The notes under the pieces were generated by a model. The model was given only the letters and a program-made list of their open reading frames with translations. It did not search any database and was not told the origin of the DNA. The position numbers were made by a program, and so were the translations under genes. Positions 35,649 to 46,576 of a stretch of DNA of 64,000 nucleotides are shown piece by piece. Each line of letters opens with the position of its first letter. Position 1 is the first letter of the stretch. The stretch covers positions 22,363 through 86,362 of the forward strand of contig JAZGHS010000212.1 of assembly GCA_036481315.1 (NCBI GenBank), given 5' to 3'. Source of the stretch: Candidatus Zixiibacteriota bacterium (GTDB taxonomy: Bacteria; Zixibacteria; MSB-5A5; UBA10806).

Positions 35649-37622
35649 CTATCGTACCAATAACATATTATGGGTTGAAGAACCCTTTGAAGTTTTCAAT
35701 TGATAAAAATACAAACCGCTGGCAACCTGCTCCCCACGGCCGTTATCGCCATCCCAGCTGATCGTATGGTAACCGGGTGATTTAATTCCTTTATCGATCT
35801 TTTTCACACGTTGACCGAGACTATTATAAATAATAAATGAAACATCGGTCTGAACAAATAAAACATACGATATCATGGTTCCCGCGTTAAACGGATTGGG
35901 AAAATTATCATTCAATATAAAACTGATCGGGGGCGCGCTTCCGCCCTCTGTTAGTAAAATTGTTACCGATGAATCCGACGAAATATTAAATCCCGGCAAT
36001 AACTGATTGTCCAAAGCCGTTCCGACGGGCGGCGTGACCTCTATCGTATACACGCCCGAGTGCACGGTAATGTCTGCCGTACCGTCAATATCGGTATTAT
36101 CATGCGGGGTGAAGATTGTAGACCCGGAACTTTCCAATACAAAATCGAAATCGGCGGCCTCCACCGGTGACCCCCTCGGGTCGAGCACAAGTGCGGAAAA
36201 TATATAGCCCTCTTTTAATATAATATCGTTCCAGGTAGAGTCCTGATCTATAAAGACTTTTCCCAGATTCTCACCTACGTAACGGCTTCCCCTGAGAGGC
36301 TCGATCTCGGCGTTGAAACCACCGATCGGTACAAGTATGCTGTAATTCCCCAGAGAATCGGTGATGTTATCCGCGACGTAAATTTTCGAGCCAGCCACCG
36401 TATCGGAGAAATTTATCTCGATATCCACGAGTCCGGCGCTATCGGTATTTATAATTCTCCCCGATATATTGACTTTGGGGACCTCGGGCAGGAGAAAATC
36501 CATACTGGTATCCGCGAAAATGGTTACACCGTTCAATACCAGCCGATCGTAAATAGAACCGGGAGGCGGCTGAACCCTGATAGTGTAGATATCCGCCGGA
36601 ATCGCAATTGTGGTTACGCCCATACTGTCAGTCTCATCGTTCGGAGTGAAAAGTTTCGCCCCCGTACTCTCCTGAATAATATCGAGATCGGCGCCCGCTA
36701 TGGGATTACCGGTTGAGTCATGGACAAACGTAGAAAGAAGCCATCCCGCCTCCAAAATTTGATTCCGCGCGATATCGGCGTCGACAACGAAACTATCCAA
36801 TACTACACCAACGTAAGGGCTTCCGAGAGGAGGTTCATAGCGAAGCCTATACATCCCCGCGGGAACCGCCACGTTGTGATAACCGATCATATCGGTCTCG
36901 TTATTCGTAAGGTAAATTTTCTCACCTGTTATCATCGCTCTAAGATCTATACTGATATTTTCAAGCCCCTGGCCGAGTTCATCGGTTACATATCCGCTTA
37001 ATAGCATCCCCTCCGATAAGGAAACATCGATAACAGTATCGGCATAAATAGATAGGGAATCCATCTGCATTCCGAGCCAACGGGTTCCCGCCGGCGGTTG
37101 ATATCTCAGCCTGTAATTCCCCTGCGGAACCACAATCCAGTAATTGCCCAGACTGTCGGTTTTATCGTTTGGCGTATAGATCCTCTCCCCGGTTGATAAA
37201 TTATCGGCGTCCAGATCAACTCCGAGCACCGGCGAACCGTTACCGATAACCACCCCGTGAATTATTTTACCGAATCCAAGCGTGACATCAATCCGCCGAT
37301 CCACATATATTGAATCGTTAAACCTCCGGTGCCCCAAAAGATTCGTCCCAGGCGGAGGACCGTAAGAGATATTATAAACTCCGTTAGGTACCCAGATGGC
37401 GTAATATCCATCCTGATCGGTATTATCTCCTGGTGTGGGCACTCGCTCACCGGTTACGGCGTCATCGAAATCAAGATCGACATCGGCCACCGGGTTACCG
37501 TTAGGATCGTAAACAAACCCGGTAACATACGATATCAATGTGTCGGATACGCCTAAGCTTGCAAAGGCGAGGACTATCAAAATTCCGATAATCTTTAATA
37601 ATGTCGGTAAACGATGACTCAT
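35649..37622 (-). CDS. secreted multi-repeat protein (about 6 CarboxypepD_reg-like repeats) with a T9SS C-terminal sorting domain
   Basis: Same repeat family as 33116..35614. Canonical CTD FPNPFNAGTMISYVL...IYNSLGQRV...SGLYFYQLKT...NMLLVR. Confidence 0.65.
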   Translation of the reverse strand: MSHRLPTLLKIIGILIVLAFASLGVSDTLISYVTGFVYDPNGNPVADVDLDFDDAVTGERVPTPGDNTDQDGYYAIWVPNGVYNISYGPPPGTNLLGHRRFNDSIYVDRRIDVTLGFGKIIHGVVIGNGSPVLGVDLDADNLSTGERIYTPNDKTDSLGNYWIVVPQGNYRLRYQPPAGTRWLGMQMDSLSIYADTVIDVSLSEGMLLSGYVTDELGQGLENISIDLRAMITGEKIYLTNNETDMIGYHNVAVPAGMYRLRYEPPLGSPYVGVVLDSFVVDADIARNQILEAGWLLSTFVHDSTGNPIAGADLDIIQESTGAKLFTPNDETDSMGVTTIAIPADIYTIRVQPPPGSIYDRLVLNGVTIFADTSMDFLLPEVPKVNISGRIINTDSAGLVDIEINFSDTVAGSKIYVADNITDSLGNYSILVPIGGFNAEIEPLRGSRYVGENLGKVFIDQDSTWNDIILKEGYIFSALVLDPRGSPVEAADFDFVLESSGSTIFTPHDNTDIDGTADITVHSGVYTIEVTPPVGTALDNQLLPGFNISSDSSVTILLTEGGSAPPISFILNDNFPNPFNAGTMISYVLFVQTDVSFIIYNSLGQRVKKIDKGIKSPGYHTISWDGDNGRGEQVASGLYFYQLKTSKGSSTHNMLLVR

Positions 37623-37636
37623 ATCACTTCTCTAAC

Positions 37637-39451
37637 TTATATATCGATTTTCAAATTAAATCTGTTTATCGTCGCTTTCTTATCAAAGGGCGAATAAGCC
37701 TCGCCAGGTGTGAACATACCGAAAACCCATCCAATATGAACCCGATTCCAGAGTTTGGAAACTCCCAAAACGATATCCAAAGACGTTCCGATATCGTCGC
37801 TTACCCCGTTAGGGCGGGCAGGAGGATCAATCAGGTCCCCTCGCAAATCGGCCTCAGGCTGATCCTGTTTATAGACATGATAAACAACCTCGATCGAACC
37901 GTTATAAATCGGCTTGAATCCTACGCCAAAAGTAGTAATTATTAAATTGCTTAATTCCGGATCGAGAAGTTCGCCGTAATATTTGAATATCCGTACGCCT
38001 CCGAAATAACCGGTATTATCCTGAAAACCGGTCTGCCTGAATTCGTTATCGTCGGCACCAGTCTTTTCGCCGCTTCCACGGGCATATGCCACGGTAATCG
38101 ACGGCGAATAATTGACGTTTTCGGCTATGGCCGTTACTCCCAGATCCATTGCCGAAGCGCTCAATGATTTGCCTTTATCCGTACCTTTCATTATCACCAA
38201 TTCAGCCCAGGGGTTAAAATAATCTCCAACCTTGCCCATATAACCGGCGCCATACCATGATGGTTCCCGGTTGCGGGCTTGATCGCTGTCTTTTCTTACC
38301 AGAAGATACCCGCTTACAGTATTCTTATTGTTTACCTGCCAGCGAGCCCGGGCAAAAATATCCGACCAGGTCCTATATTTATTTTTTAGCTGAAAATCGG
38401 AATGAATATAAGCGAGCTCGTATATAACCGGCGCCTTGCCGTAATAATATAATCTCACCGCGTCGAGATACTCATCGAAAAGCCATTCCCGGGGATCTTC
38501 GATATCCTGCCGTCCCACCTGGACCGCAAAACCCTGCACACCTATATTTTTCGCCAGCACATAAAGCTGAGTGACTCGGCTCTCGAGCTTTTTCGACGGC
38601 GGATTGATCCTTTCGCTGTCTAAATAGATCCTCTCTCTTATACTGATCTGTCCAAAAGCGCGAAAAATATCGTTGAAATATCCGGCAAGTTCGGCCCTTA
38701 TCTCCGGCTGAGCATCCCTCTGATCATTTAGATAAAGATCGGATAGATCATATTCGGATTCGTTTTTTGCAGACTGACGGAAATTCCCGCTGATCAAAAA
38801 CTTATCCCCCGCGATAAATCCATAGTCGCTGTAATAAGCACGCGCCCAGGCCAATTCATCGAAAAGGTCCTCTTCAATTTTTTGAAACGAACTGCCCGGA
38901 TAGTTAACATCGGTCTTTCGATTCAGCAGAATTTTCAACCCGTGAATCTCCAAGGTGTCGGGAGGGTTACCGTCGACCGAAACTCCGGTCAGGGTGCCTT
39001 TGATTTTATTGCTCTTTTTGATATTCTTATGGTTGATTTTCCTGGCTTCCCAATTACCATCCTCCCTCACCTTACAGGTAACCTCCAGCCACTGACCTTC
39101 TTTGAGATCATTTATAGTCGTTAACCCGTCTCCAGAATCTGTGAATTGAGTTTTATCATCGATCTCGATCGATATCCCGTACATGGTGATAGTTTCTTTC
39201 TTCGAATCGACAATCTGCAAAATTCCCCGTAGTTTCGGCCGCCTCGGCTGAGGAAGCTCCTCTATATCGGAGGTTATAAACGCCCCCTGATCATTATCCC
39301 AATCGCCTTTTATCTCCACAGCCGGGATCTTCTCGAAATCGAGCCTCATGTATTCAGGCTCTCCTTCGGCCACGGCAATCTGAGATGAGAAAAGATACAA
39401 ACAAATCCCAAACAATAATCCGATTGTCACGATGGGCTGTTTTAAAGTCAT
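37637..39451 (-). CDS. putative outer-membrane beta-barrel (alginate-export/AlgE-like) with an N-terminal periplasmic domain
   Basis: Signal peptide. Alternating amphipathic beta-strand pattern with aromatic girdle residues. First gene of the glycan-locus tail. Confidence 0.35.
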   Translation of the reverse strand: MTLKQPIVTIGLLFGICLYLFSSQIAVAEGEPEYMRLDFEKIPAVEIKGDWDNDQGAFITSDIEELPQPRRPKLRGILQIVDSKKETITMYGISIEIDDKTQFTDSGDGLTTINDLKEGQWLEVTCKVREDGNWEARKINHKNIKKSNKIKGTLTGVSVDGNPPDTLEIHGLKILLNRKTDVNYPGSSFQKIEEDLFDELAWARAYYSDYGFIAGDKFLISGNFRQSAKNESEYDLSDLYLNDQRDAQPEIRAELAGYFNDIFRAFGQISIRERIYLDSERINPPSKKLESRVTQLYVLAKNIGVQGFAVQVGRQDIEDPREWLFDEYLDAVRLYYYGKAPVIYELAYIHSDFQLKNKYRTWSDIFARARWQVNNKNTVSGYLLVRKDSDQARNREPSWYGAGYMGKVGDYFNPWAELVIMKGTDKGKSLSASAMDLGVTAIAENVNYSPSITVAYARGSGEKTGADDNEFRQTGFQDNTGYFGGVRIFKYYGELLDPELSNLIITTFGVGFKPIYNGSIEVVYHVYKQDQPEADLRGDLIDPPARPNGVSDDIGTSLDIVLGVSKLWNRVHIGWVFGMFTPGEAYSPFDKKATINRFNLKIDI

Positions 39452-40758
39452 CTTTTTTCTCCGCTTAAAATGTTTTTCCCCTCTTGTGAACTATTTATTT
39501 CAAGTAATAGATTTTTCGCTATGCTTTTCCACCTGGGGCGAAGCGAATATAACCCCGCGAGACGTAATAGCGCCGCCGCCCTCCACCAATTCACCCGTTT
39601 TGTAAATTCTTTACCCGCCGATTCGTAGCCGCTCACAAACGCTTCCGATCCGTCTATGATCATCATCTCGTTCTCGGGCGATTGATACCGTCGTAAATCC
39701 AAATGTGCCATGAAATTCCCATAATCTAAAGCCGGGTCGGATAAGGCCATGTTATCGAAATCGAGCAGGGTTGCCCGACCGGGAGAATGAAGAGTCTGTT
39801 TGTCGTAAAAATCGCGATGAACGGGCCCGACCGCATAATCATCGCCGATTCTTCCCCGCGTAATCCCCGAGTAGGCGTCGCCGAACGCCTCACCAAGTTC
39901 GGGAAAGACACTATTTATAATATCGACTATTTTACTCAAACTGTCAAGCTCGTCGTCGGCTGTGTAATAGGGCAGATCGCCTAACGAAATCGAATGCAGT
40001 TTGCGAATCAATCGTCCCGCTTCATGGCAGGATTCGGGAAAAGATCGATTTCCGATTAACGAATGCAAAGACCGACCCGAAACGAATTCCATGAGTATAA
40101 TCCCGTGATCATTATCGCAACCCAGATACTCCGGTACAGTCAAACCATCGGATGAATCCGCGGTCATTTCGGTTGCGGAAAACTTTTCGAAGATTTTCAA
40201 AGCAGCCGCGATCTTTTTAGGACGTGCTATTTTGGCGACAACCTTGATTCTCTCGATACCGTCATTTTGTTTCATATCAAGTGTATATTCGAACACGCAT
40301 CGACGTTCAAGACGGTAGCCAAGCAAACGGCATTCGATCACATCGAACTTTTTTCCCGCGAGAAAGGGAATCGCCCCAAGACGTTTTTTAGGTTTACCCG
40401 TGACAACAAAATCGGGAAGATATTTGAGTTTAGGATCGTAAGGGAATACAGGGACGACCAAACCTATATCATCGAATATTATGAGGTCTTGCCGAGGCGC
40501 TAATGTTTTACCGGGCAGTGTCTGATCAAGCCCCAGCAAGTGACCCCATAATATAATTTTCTCTTCGCCTTTTTCCGTCTTGTCTATTATCAAATTGTAA
40601 CTGATAGAAAATCCACCGTCATTCCGAGGGAAAGCCCTGGGGATATACAGATATTTCAATTCCCCTTCTTTTCCCAAAAATCGATCGATCTCCTTTTGAA
40701 AACGGGATTTCATCCGATCGATATCTGTCGCGGCTTTAAAATTAGAAACTATTCCCAT
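39448..40758 (-). CDS. APH/choline-kinase-fold phosphotransferase (kinase B)
   Basis: Catalytic loop GPVHRDFYDKQ and a DFD metal-binding motif (LLDFDNM); paralog of the upstream gene. Confidence 0.55.
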   Translation of the reverse strand: MGIVSNFKAATDIDRMKSRFQKEIDRFLGKEGELKYLYIPRAFPRNDGGFSISYNLIIDKTEKGEEKIILWGHLLGLDQTLPGKTLAPRQDLIIFDDIGLVVPVFPYDPKLKYLPDFVVTGKPKKRLGAIPFLAGKKFDVIECRLLGYRLERRCVFEYTLDMKQNDGIERIKVVAKIARPKKIAAALKIFEKFSATEMTADSSDGLTVPEYLGCDNDHGIILMEFVSGRSLHSLIGNRSFPESCHEAGRLIRKLHSISLGDLPYYTADDELDSLSKIVDIINSVFPELGEAFGDAYSGITRGRIGDDYAVGPVHRDFYDKQTLHSPGRATLLDFDNMALSDPALDYGNFMAHLDLRRYQSPENEMMIIDGSEAFVSGYESAGKEFTKRVNWWRAAALLRLAGLYSLRPRWKSIAKNLLLEINSSQEGKNILSGEKR

Positions 40759-42119
40759 TACGACTCCAGGATCTTCTTACATTCGGCCAAAATCGTTGTT
40801 ATGCCTTCCTTCCAATTCGGCTCCAGCCTGCGAAACGGTCCCACAGCCAGTTGATAAAGCCCGAAGGCTATCCAGAAATTTAGATTCGACATCTCAATAT
40901 CTTTAATCTCTTTATACGTCTTCAAAAAGATCGTTTCTATATCTTTCTCGCCGTCAAGCTCGCCTCTTAAGCGCAACAGCTTTATGTGAGCCAGGAAGTT
41001 CCCTATGTCGAATACAGTATCGCCCCGATGGGATCGGTCGAAATCCAGTATCGATACTTTTCTTGTACGACATAATACCTGGCCGTAATAAAAATCGCCG
41101 TGAACAAAACCGGGTTTATCCGCCGCCAGAGAGTGATTTTTTAATTCATCGAAAATAGTATCGGCCAGTTTCGCCTCGATGGGAAGTATTTTTGTCAGCA
41201 TTCTGCGGGTTTCCTCGGCGTCATCGATATAACTTGCCCGAGATTTCTCGCTCAACCCAGGGATATCAAAACCATGCATTGCCGCCAGCGCGATTGCCGT
41301 CTTCGATATATTAGCCGCGCGGTTATCGCCCTCGATACTCTCTAAAAATTGTTTCCCCCGCGCTTTTTCCATAATCAACGCTTTTCTTTCGGGCAAGTAT
41401 GTCAATGGACGCGGCGAAGTGAACAAACCGGAATCTTCCGAGAGCTTATGAATCTTCTCTTGCAACGAAAACAGAGCCGCGCCCCGATCGTCAGCGTAAA
41501 CCCTTATATACAACTTTAGCCATACCCATTTGCTAGTTTCCCTGTTCTTCGCTCTCGCTCTGCAACGAAGCACAACACGTCGTTCCGGCTTATATCTGAC
41601 CGTACTCAGACTGATCTGTCTATTCGAAATACGCCATTTATCTTCCGGGTATTGGTCATAGTTCTCGTATAAAATCCTCTGGATCTTTTTAAGATCGGAC
41701 AGGATGCGAAGACCGTCGATTAAACAATCGTTCGGATAAAAATAAAGGATAGTGGCGTGCTCGGGAAGAGTTATGTACGGCTCCAAATCGGGAATCGGAA
41801 TCCAGCGCGATGATGCCGCCTTGCGCGTGGCGTTTTCATAATCATCCTCAGTATATAATTTAGCGTAAAATAATATCTCTTTGGGTTCGCCGTCCTTTTC
41901 TAACTGAAGCTGATAAGCAACAATACAATTTGTACCTGGTTTATATCTTATATAGAGAATACGACATTCCTTTACAACGCCCACGCTTTCAGGAAGCAGG
42001 TCGGCCAATATCGAGCCGACATTTTCCGGAACCAACAACACCGAAAGCCCCGGAAGGCTGTCATCGACCGGAATGTCGTCCCTTTTAATTTTATCCGCGT
42101 AACGTTCGCTTTTTAGCAC
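40758..42119 (-). CDS. APH/choline-kinase-fold phosphotransferase (kinase A)
   Basis: GFVHGDFYYGQ and ILDFDRS; 1-bp overlap with kinase B. Confidence 0.55.
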   Translation of the reverse strand: MLKSERYADKIKRDDIPVDDSLPGLSVLLVPENVGSILADLLPESVGVVKECRILYIRYKPGTNCIVAYQLQLEKDGEPKEILFYAKLYTEDDYENATRKAASSRWIPIPDLEPYITLPEHATILYFYPNDCLIDGLRILSDLKKIQRILYENYDQYPEDKWRISNRQISLSTVRYKPERRVVLRCRARAKNRETSKWVWLKLYIRVYADDRGAALFSLQEKIHKLSEDSGLFTSPRPLTYLPERKALIMEKARGKQFLESIEGDNRAANISKTAIALAAMHGFDIPGLSEKSRASYIDDAEETRRMLTKILPIEAKLADTIFDELKNHSLAADKPGFVHGDFYYGQVLCRTRKVSILDFDRSHRGDTVFDIGNFLAHIKLLRLRGELDGEKDIETIFLKTYKEIKDIEMSNLNFWIAFGLYQLAVGPFRRLEPNWKEGITTILAECKKILES

Positions 42120-42176
42120 TTTTAATATGCTCCCGGTTTCCTTTAGTGATTTTCTCCGCCGATGTATCGACCGGTT

Positions 42177-44039
42177 TCACTTATCCTCTAATTTTGCGTT
42201 CTTAGTTCCCTCTGGGATTTCTTCAGGAGGTTTAGCCGCCTCATTATCCAAATAATAATAAAACTCTCCTTTGCGCTTCAATAGTTCCTCGACGGTGCCC
42301 TGCTCGATTAGACGTCCGTCCTCGATATAAGCCGCCCAATCGGCAAGCTCCAGAAAATTCAATCTGTGTGTTATTATCAATAATGTCCGTCCCGGTTTCA
42401 ACGCTCTCAACGCCTCTATGGCTCCCTTCTCGGAGTGAATATCGAGGCCGGTGGCCGGCTCGTCGAAAATCATAATAGGAGAATTTTTCAACGCCGCCCG
42501 GGCGAAACTTATCCTCTGACGCTGTCCACCGGATAAAGTATCGCCGCCCTCGCCCACCAACGTCTCATATCCTTCCGAAAACTTCTCGATGAAACCATCG
42601 GCGCCCACAAGACGAGCGGCCTCTTCGATCTCCTCCCTGGTTGCCCCCGATTTACCGAAAGATATATTCTCCTCGATTGTCGTACGAAATAAAAAAGAAT
42701 CCTGGGTCAAGCTGGTAACCCGTTTACGAAGAGATCGGATTCTATATTCGCCGATATCACGCTTATCGATATATATCGCCCCCGCCTGTGCTTCGTACAA
42801 TCGAAGTAAAAGCTTGGCGATTGTGGATTTTCCGGCCCCAGTCGAGCCGATCAAGACCGTGGTCTTGCCCGCCGGGATAAACAGATTCATCCCTTTAAGC
42901 ACTTCGTTGCCGTCGATATAAGAAAAATATACGTCTTCGAATTTAATATTGCCTTTTATTCTCTTAGCCGATTTCGCGCCGGGATGATCCTCGACCTCAG
43001 GATGGATATCCAGTATCTCCATAATCTTCTCGCCGCGTACTATCGCTTTCGATGTCCGAGCCGAAAGGCTGGCAACCGTGCGTATAGGACGATATATACC
43101 GCGAAGATATGTAACGAAAATAATCAGATCGCCCGGCGAAATATTTCCCTCTAACGCTTTATGCGCCCCGATCAATAATACTATTCCGGTACCAACCGCG
43201 GTTACAATCTCAACCACCCTGGCGTAATTGGCGGCGAGTTTTGTGGTTCTGAGATTGGCCCTGAAATCGCTCGAAATCGATTTGCCTATCAACTTTTCCC
43301 GGATCTTTTCCTGGGCGAATGCTTTCACCTGGCTTATCCCCGAGATCGATTCCTCCATGGAGGCCACCATCTTGCCATACTTTTCGCGTTGACGATTGGC
43401 CGCGCTTTTTATTCTCCCTGTAAACTTAAAGGCGGCGATTACGAATAATGGCATAACCGCTAGAATCAATAGCGCTAATTGCCAGTCTAAAAAGAAAGCT
43501 ACCGAAAGCATCCCGAATATGAGAACAAATTGACCCACCAGGCGAATCAGGGTCTCTACCATCAAATCCTGCAAGAGGTTTATATCGCCGGTAAGCCTGG
43601 TGATGATTTCTCCGGTCTCACTGTAATCGTGATATGATTGCGGTAACCGTTGTACATGAGAGAAAAGCTGAAGCCGTATGGCGGCCAGTACCGCATGGCC
43701 TACCGTCTTGGCCCAGACGCTTTGAGCGTACTCGAGCGAACTGCTTATCAGGGCCATGGAAAGAATCGACCCGGCGGCGAGGAAAATCACGGTCATCGGA
43801 TCCCAACCCTTCAGGGGATTTAAAAACGAGATATCCGATGCTCGATCCGGCATTAACGCATAATCAAAAATAATTTTCAACGGCCACGGACGCAGAAGGG
43901 TCATTGCCGACATACCCAGTAACGCGAACGTGCTTAAGATCAGCTTGCCCTTGTGTGGTTTCAGATGCACGGCAAAATGGGATATCACCCTTCGTAATGA
44001 GCCAAAATCGATTTTAGCAAGTCCGTATTTTATTTTCAT
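42177..44039 (-). CDS. ABC exporter, fused TMD-NBD (MsbA-like lipid/glycolipid flippase type)
   Basis: 6 TM helices; Walker A GSTGAGKST; signature LSGGQRQRISFARA; Walker B IMIFDE. Confidence 0.8.
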   Translation of the reverse strand: MKIKYGLAKIDFGSLRRVISHFAVHLKPHKGKLILSTFALLGMSAMTLLRPWPLKIIFDYALMPDRASDISFLNPLKGWDPMTVIFLAAGSILSMALISSSLEYAQSVWAKTVGHAVLAAIRLQLFSHVQRLPQSYHDYSETGEIITRLTGDINLLQDLMVETLIRLVGQFVLIFGMLSVAFFLDWQLALLILAVMPLFVIAAFKFTGRIKSAANRQREKYGKMVASMEESISGISQVKAFAQEKIREKLIGKSISSDFRANLRTTKLAANYARVVEIVTAVGTGIVLLIGAHKALEGNISPGDLIIFVTYLRGIYRPIRTVASLSARTSKAIVRGEKIMEILDIHPEVEDHPGAKSAKRIKGNIKFEDVYFSYIDGNEVLKGMNLFIPAGKTTVLIGSTGAGKSTIAKLLLRLYEAQAGAIYIDKRDIGEYRIRSLRKRVTSLTQDSFLFRTTIEENISFGKSGATREEIEEAARLVGADGFIEKFSEGYETLVGEGGDTLSGGQRQRISFARAALKNSPIMIFDEPATGLDIHSEKGAIEALRALKPGRTLLIITHRLNFLELADWAAYIEDGRLIEQGTVEELLKRKGEFYYYLDNEAAKPPEEIPEGTKNAKLEDK

Positions 44040-45298
44040 AGTTTACCCGATTCGGTTTTCGCTCCGGCCATCAGGTCTTCAAAAATACGGCTGACCGTTT
44101 TCAATCGGCTATTCCAGGTATGCTTAGCAACAGCCTCGATCCTGGCGTTTTCTCCGAGTTTTTTTCTCAAACCCGGATCGTTTTTAAGCCTTAAAAGGGC
44201 GTCCCGCAACGCCACGGCATCTCCAGGAGGAACAAGGAGGGCGGTTTGTTCGTGAACCAGTATTTCCTCTATCTGCCCTATCGACGATGCCACTATCGCT
44301 TTCCCGGCCGCCATATATTCGAAAATCTTCAACGCCGAAAAATAAAAATCGTTCAGATCGGGATAAGGAGCAACTAAAACATCAGCCATTTCCAGAAAAG
44401 CGGGTATCGTTTCATGTTCAACGGAGCCGGTGAATTTCACCCGACCCTTCAACCCGAGTTCGCGGCACTTCTGTTTTAATTCTGATTTCAGTTTTCCCTT
44501 GCCACCTACCACAAGAAGCCTGTCTTTAATTTCGTTTTTTGATAGATCCGCGAAAGAGTCGATCAGGATCTCCACACCGTGCCAGGGTTTGAGACTGCCC
44601 ACAAAACCGACCACAAAATCGGATTTGTCGAACCGATCGAATGAAAGATCTATATCTTTCAAGCCGTCTGAATTCGTAAATTGCTCCACCGTTACACCGT
44701 TTGGAATAACCGATACCGCAGCCCCTGGCGCGACACTCTTAATATACCCGGCGACCTCGTCGGAAACGGATATTATATGATCCGCATCCTCGAAAAGATG
44801 TTGTGCTACCGATATGGCCAGATCCTTCTGCGCTAACCCCCGATATTCCGCGGCTTCCACAACCAGAGGAGCGTTGACTTCTAGAGTAAATGGAAGTCCG
44901 TTCGCCCGAGCAAATTTTAATCCCGCCTGGCAAAATAACGAGTATCGTTCGTATATAAGATCAAAATTGCTCTGCGAATGAAGCATCGATATAAAAGTCT
45001 CGACAGCGTTATTATGGTCAAATAAATTCATCTCCGCTGATATTTTATTATCTACAGTAGCGGCCGCCGAATTCTCCCCCGCCACGCTATCCGGCAGAGG
45101 GGGAAGATCGAAATACAAAACCGAGTTATACTGATGGCCATTGGCATCGGCGCCCCGGGCGACAACCGTAATATCATACCCCTGCTTTTGGAGATTGCTC
45201 ACAAATTCCCGCATATGAATAGAACCGCCCTTGGTGCCCCAGTAAGGAATACCGGTATCGGCGCAGAGGTAGAGTATTTTTCTTTTCGATTCACTCAT
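44036..45298 (-). CDS. GT4-family glycosyltransferase
   Basis: N-terminal ILYLCADTGIPYWGTKGGS; C-terminal EYMAAGKAIVASSIG (the E-x7-E region). 4-bp overlap with the ABC gene. Confidence 0.75.
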   Translation of the reverse strand: MSESKRKILYLCADTGIPYWGTKGGSIHMREFVSNLQKQGYDITVVARGADANGHQYNSVLYFDLPPLPDSVAGENSAAATVDNKISAEMNLFDHNNAVETFISMLHSQSNFDLIYERYSLFCQAGLKFARANGLPFTLEVNAPLVVEAAEYRGLAQKDLAISVAQHLFEDADHIISVSDEVAGYIKSVAPGAAVSVIPNGVTVEQFTNSDGLKDIDLSFDRFDKSDFVVGFVGSLKPWHGVEILIDSFADLSKNEIKDRLLVVGGKGKLKSELKQKCRELGLKGRVKFTGSVEHETIPAFLEMADVLVAPYPDLNDFYFSALKIFEYMAAGKAIVASSIGQIEEILVHEQTALLVPPGDAVALRDALLRLKNDPGLRKKLGENARIEAVAKHTWNSRLKTVSRIFEDLMAGAKTESGKL

Positions 45299-45319
45299 AT
45301 TATCTCTCGATTTCCATTC

Positions 45320-46576
45320 TTAGCCAGTAACCTGCGACAGGTCCCTTTTTTCAAGATAATGCCCGATCATCGTTTCTATGTTTTGCTTAAGATCGAATTT
45401 ATCTTGTGCTTTCTTGCGTCCCGCCAAGGAAAATCGGGCCTGAAGTTCTCTCGACGATAAAATTCGCTCGATCCACTCGGTTAATTTTATCGGATTGTCC
45501 GGTTCCACCAAAGCCCCGTTGATCTCATGATCAACCATCTCCGGCACGCCGGATATGGTCGTGGAGATTACAGGCAGACCTAAAGCGAGCGCTTCTATGA
45601 TGACCGTGGGCAAGGCGTCCTGGTTACCGTCGTTATCGACCGTGCAGGGCAGGCAAAACAGAGTCGCCCTACGCATAAGATCGAGAACCTCGTCCAACGT
45701 CTTCGCTCCGGTAAATTCGACATCGTCATCGGTCAACCCCAGTTCCGTTTTTTTATTATGAAGATTTTCCCATTCGGAACCGTCGCCGACTATAAGACAT
45801 TTAAAATCAACGCCTTTGTCTTTTAAAAGCCTGCAAGCGTCGAGAAGAGTCCCGAATCCCTTCTTAGGTACCAGCCGACCGACTCCCAATATCAGGCTTT
45901 CCTCCCGACCCCTGGTTTCCACGGGCGTAAATTCATCAAGATCGATACCATTGTGGATTACCTTTATCACGGACGGGTCTATATGGGGTGCGTTTTCGGT
46001 TAGATATTTATAGTTATAATTAGTTACGGTCACGACAAATTTTGCCGCGGCGAGTTTCTCGGCCAGAAGATGCTCTTTCATATCGTAAACGAAAATATCC
46101 TTGGCGTGAGCGGTGAAGCTGAAAGGGATGCCGGATATCAAATGCGCGTAATAAGCCATCGTACTCGGCTGACTGGCGAAATGAGCGTGAAAATGCGAAA
46201 TCCCCATCTCGATCCCCCTGGCCGCGATCCAGGCCGCGTGGAGAACCATCTCGATTTTATGATTGTTTTTCTCGGCCAGGCCCTGCTCGAGTAACGGCCA
46301 GAACCTATCTGCTCGAGGCGCGAGATACTCCCAAAGTTCGCCCAGCCACGTTCCCCACTTTTTAACGTCGAATCCCTCGAGATAATAAGCCCTGGCTTTC
46401 AAATAGGCGACCTGTGGATGAAATATCCCTTCGTTCGGTTTCTTAAGTGAAAATATAGATATCCGCGCGCCGCGACGTTCGAGTTCGAGCATTTCATTTA
46501 AGATAAACGTTTCCGAAATTCGCGGATACATCTTTACTATATAGCCGAGTTTTAAGTCTATTCCCTCTTCTAACAT
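45320..46576 (-). CDS. GT4-family glycosyltransferase
   Basis: GT-B fold; C-terminal EALALGLPVISTTISGVPEMV. Confidence 0.7.
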   Translation of the reverse strand: MLEEGIDLKLGYIVKMYPRISETFILNEMLELERRGARISIFSLKKPNEGIFHPQVAYLKARAYYLEGFDVKKWGTWLGELWEYLAPRADRFWPLLEQGLAEKNNHKIEMVLHAAWIAARGIEMGISHFHAHFASQPSTMAYYAHLISGIPFSFTAHAKDIFVYDMKEHLLAEKLAAAKFVVTVTNYNYKYLTENAPHIDPSVIKVIHNGIDLDEFTPVETRGREESLILGVGRLVPKKGFGTLLDACRLLKDKGVDFKCLIVGDGSEWENLHNKKTELGLTDDDVEFTGAKTLDEVLDLMRRATLFCLPCTVDNDGNQDALPTVIIEALALGLPVISTTISGVPEMVDHEINGALVEPDNPIKLTEWIERILSSRELQARFSLAGRKKAQDKFDLKQNIETMIGHYLEKRDLSQVTG

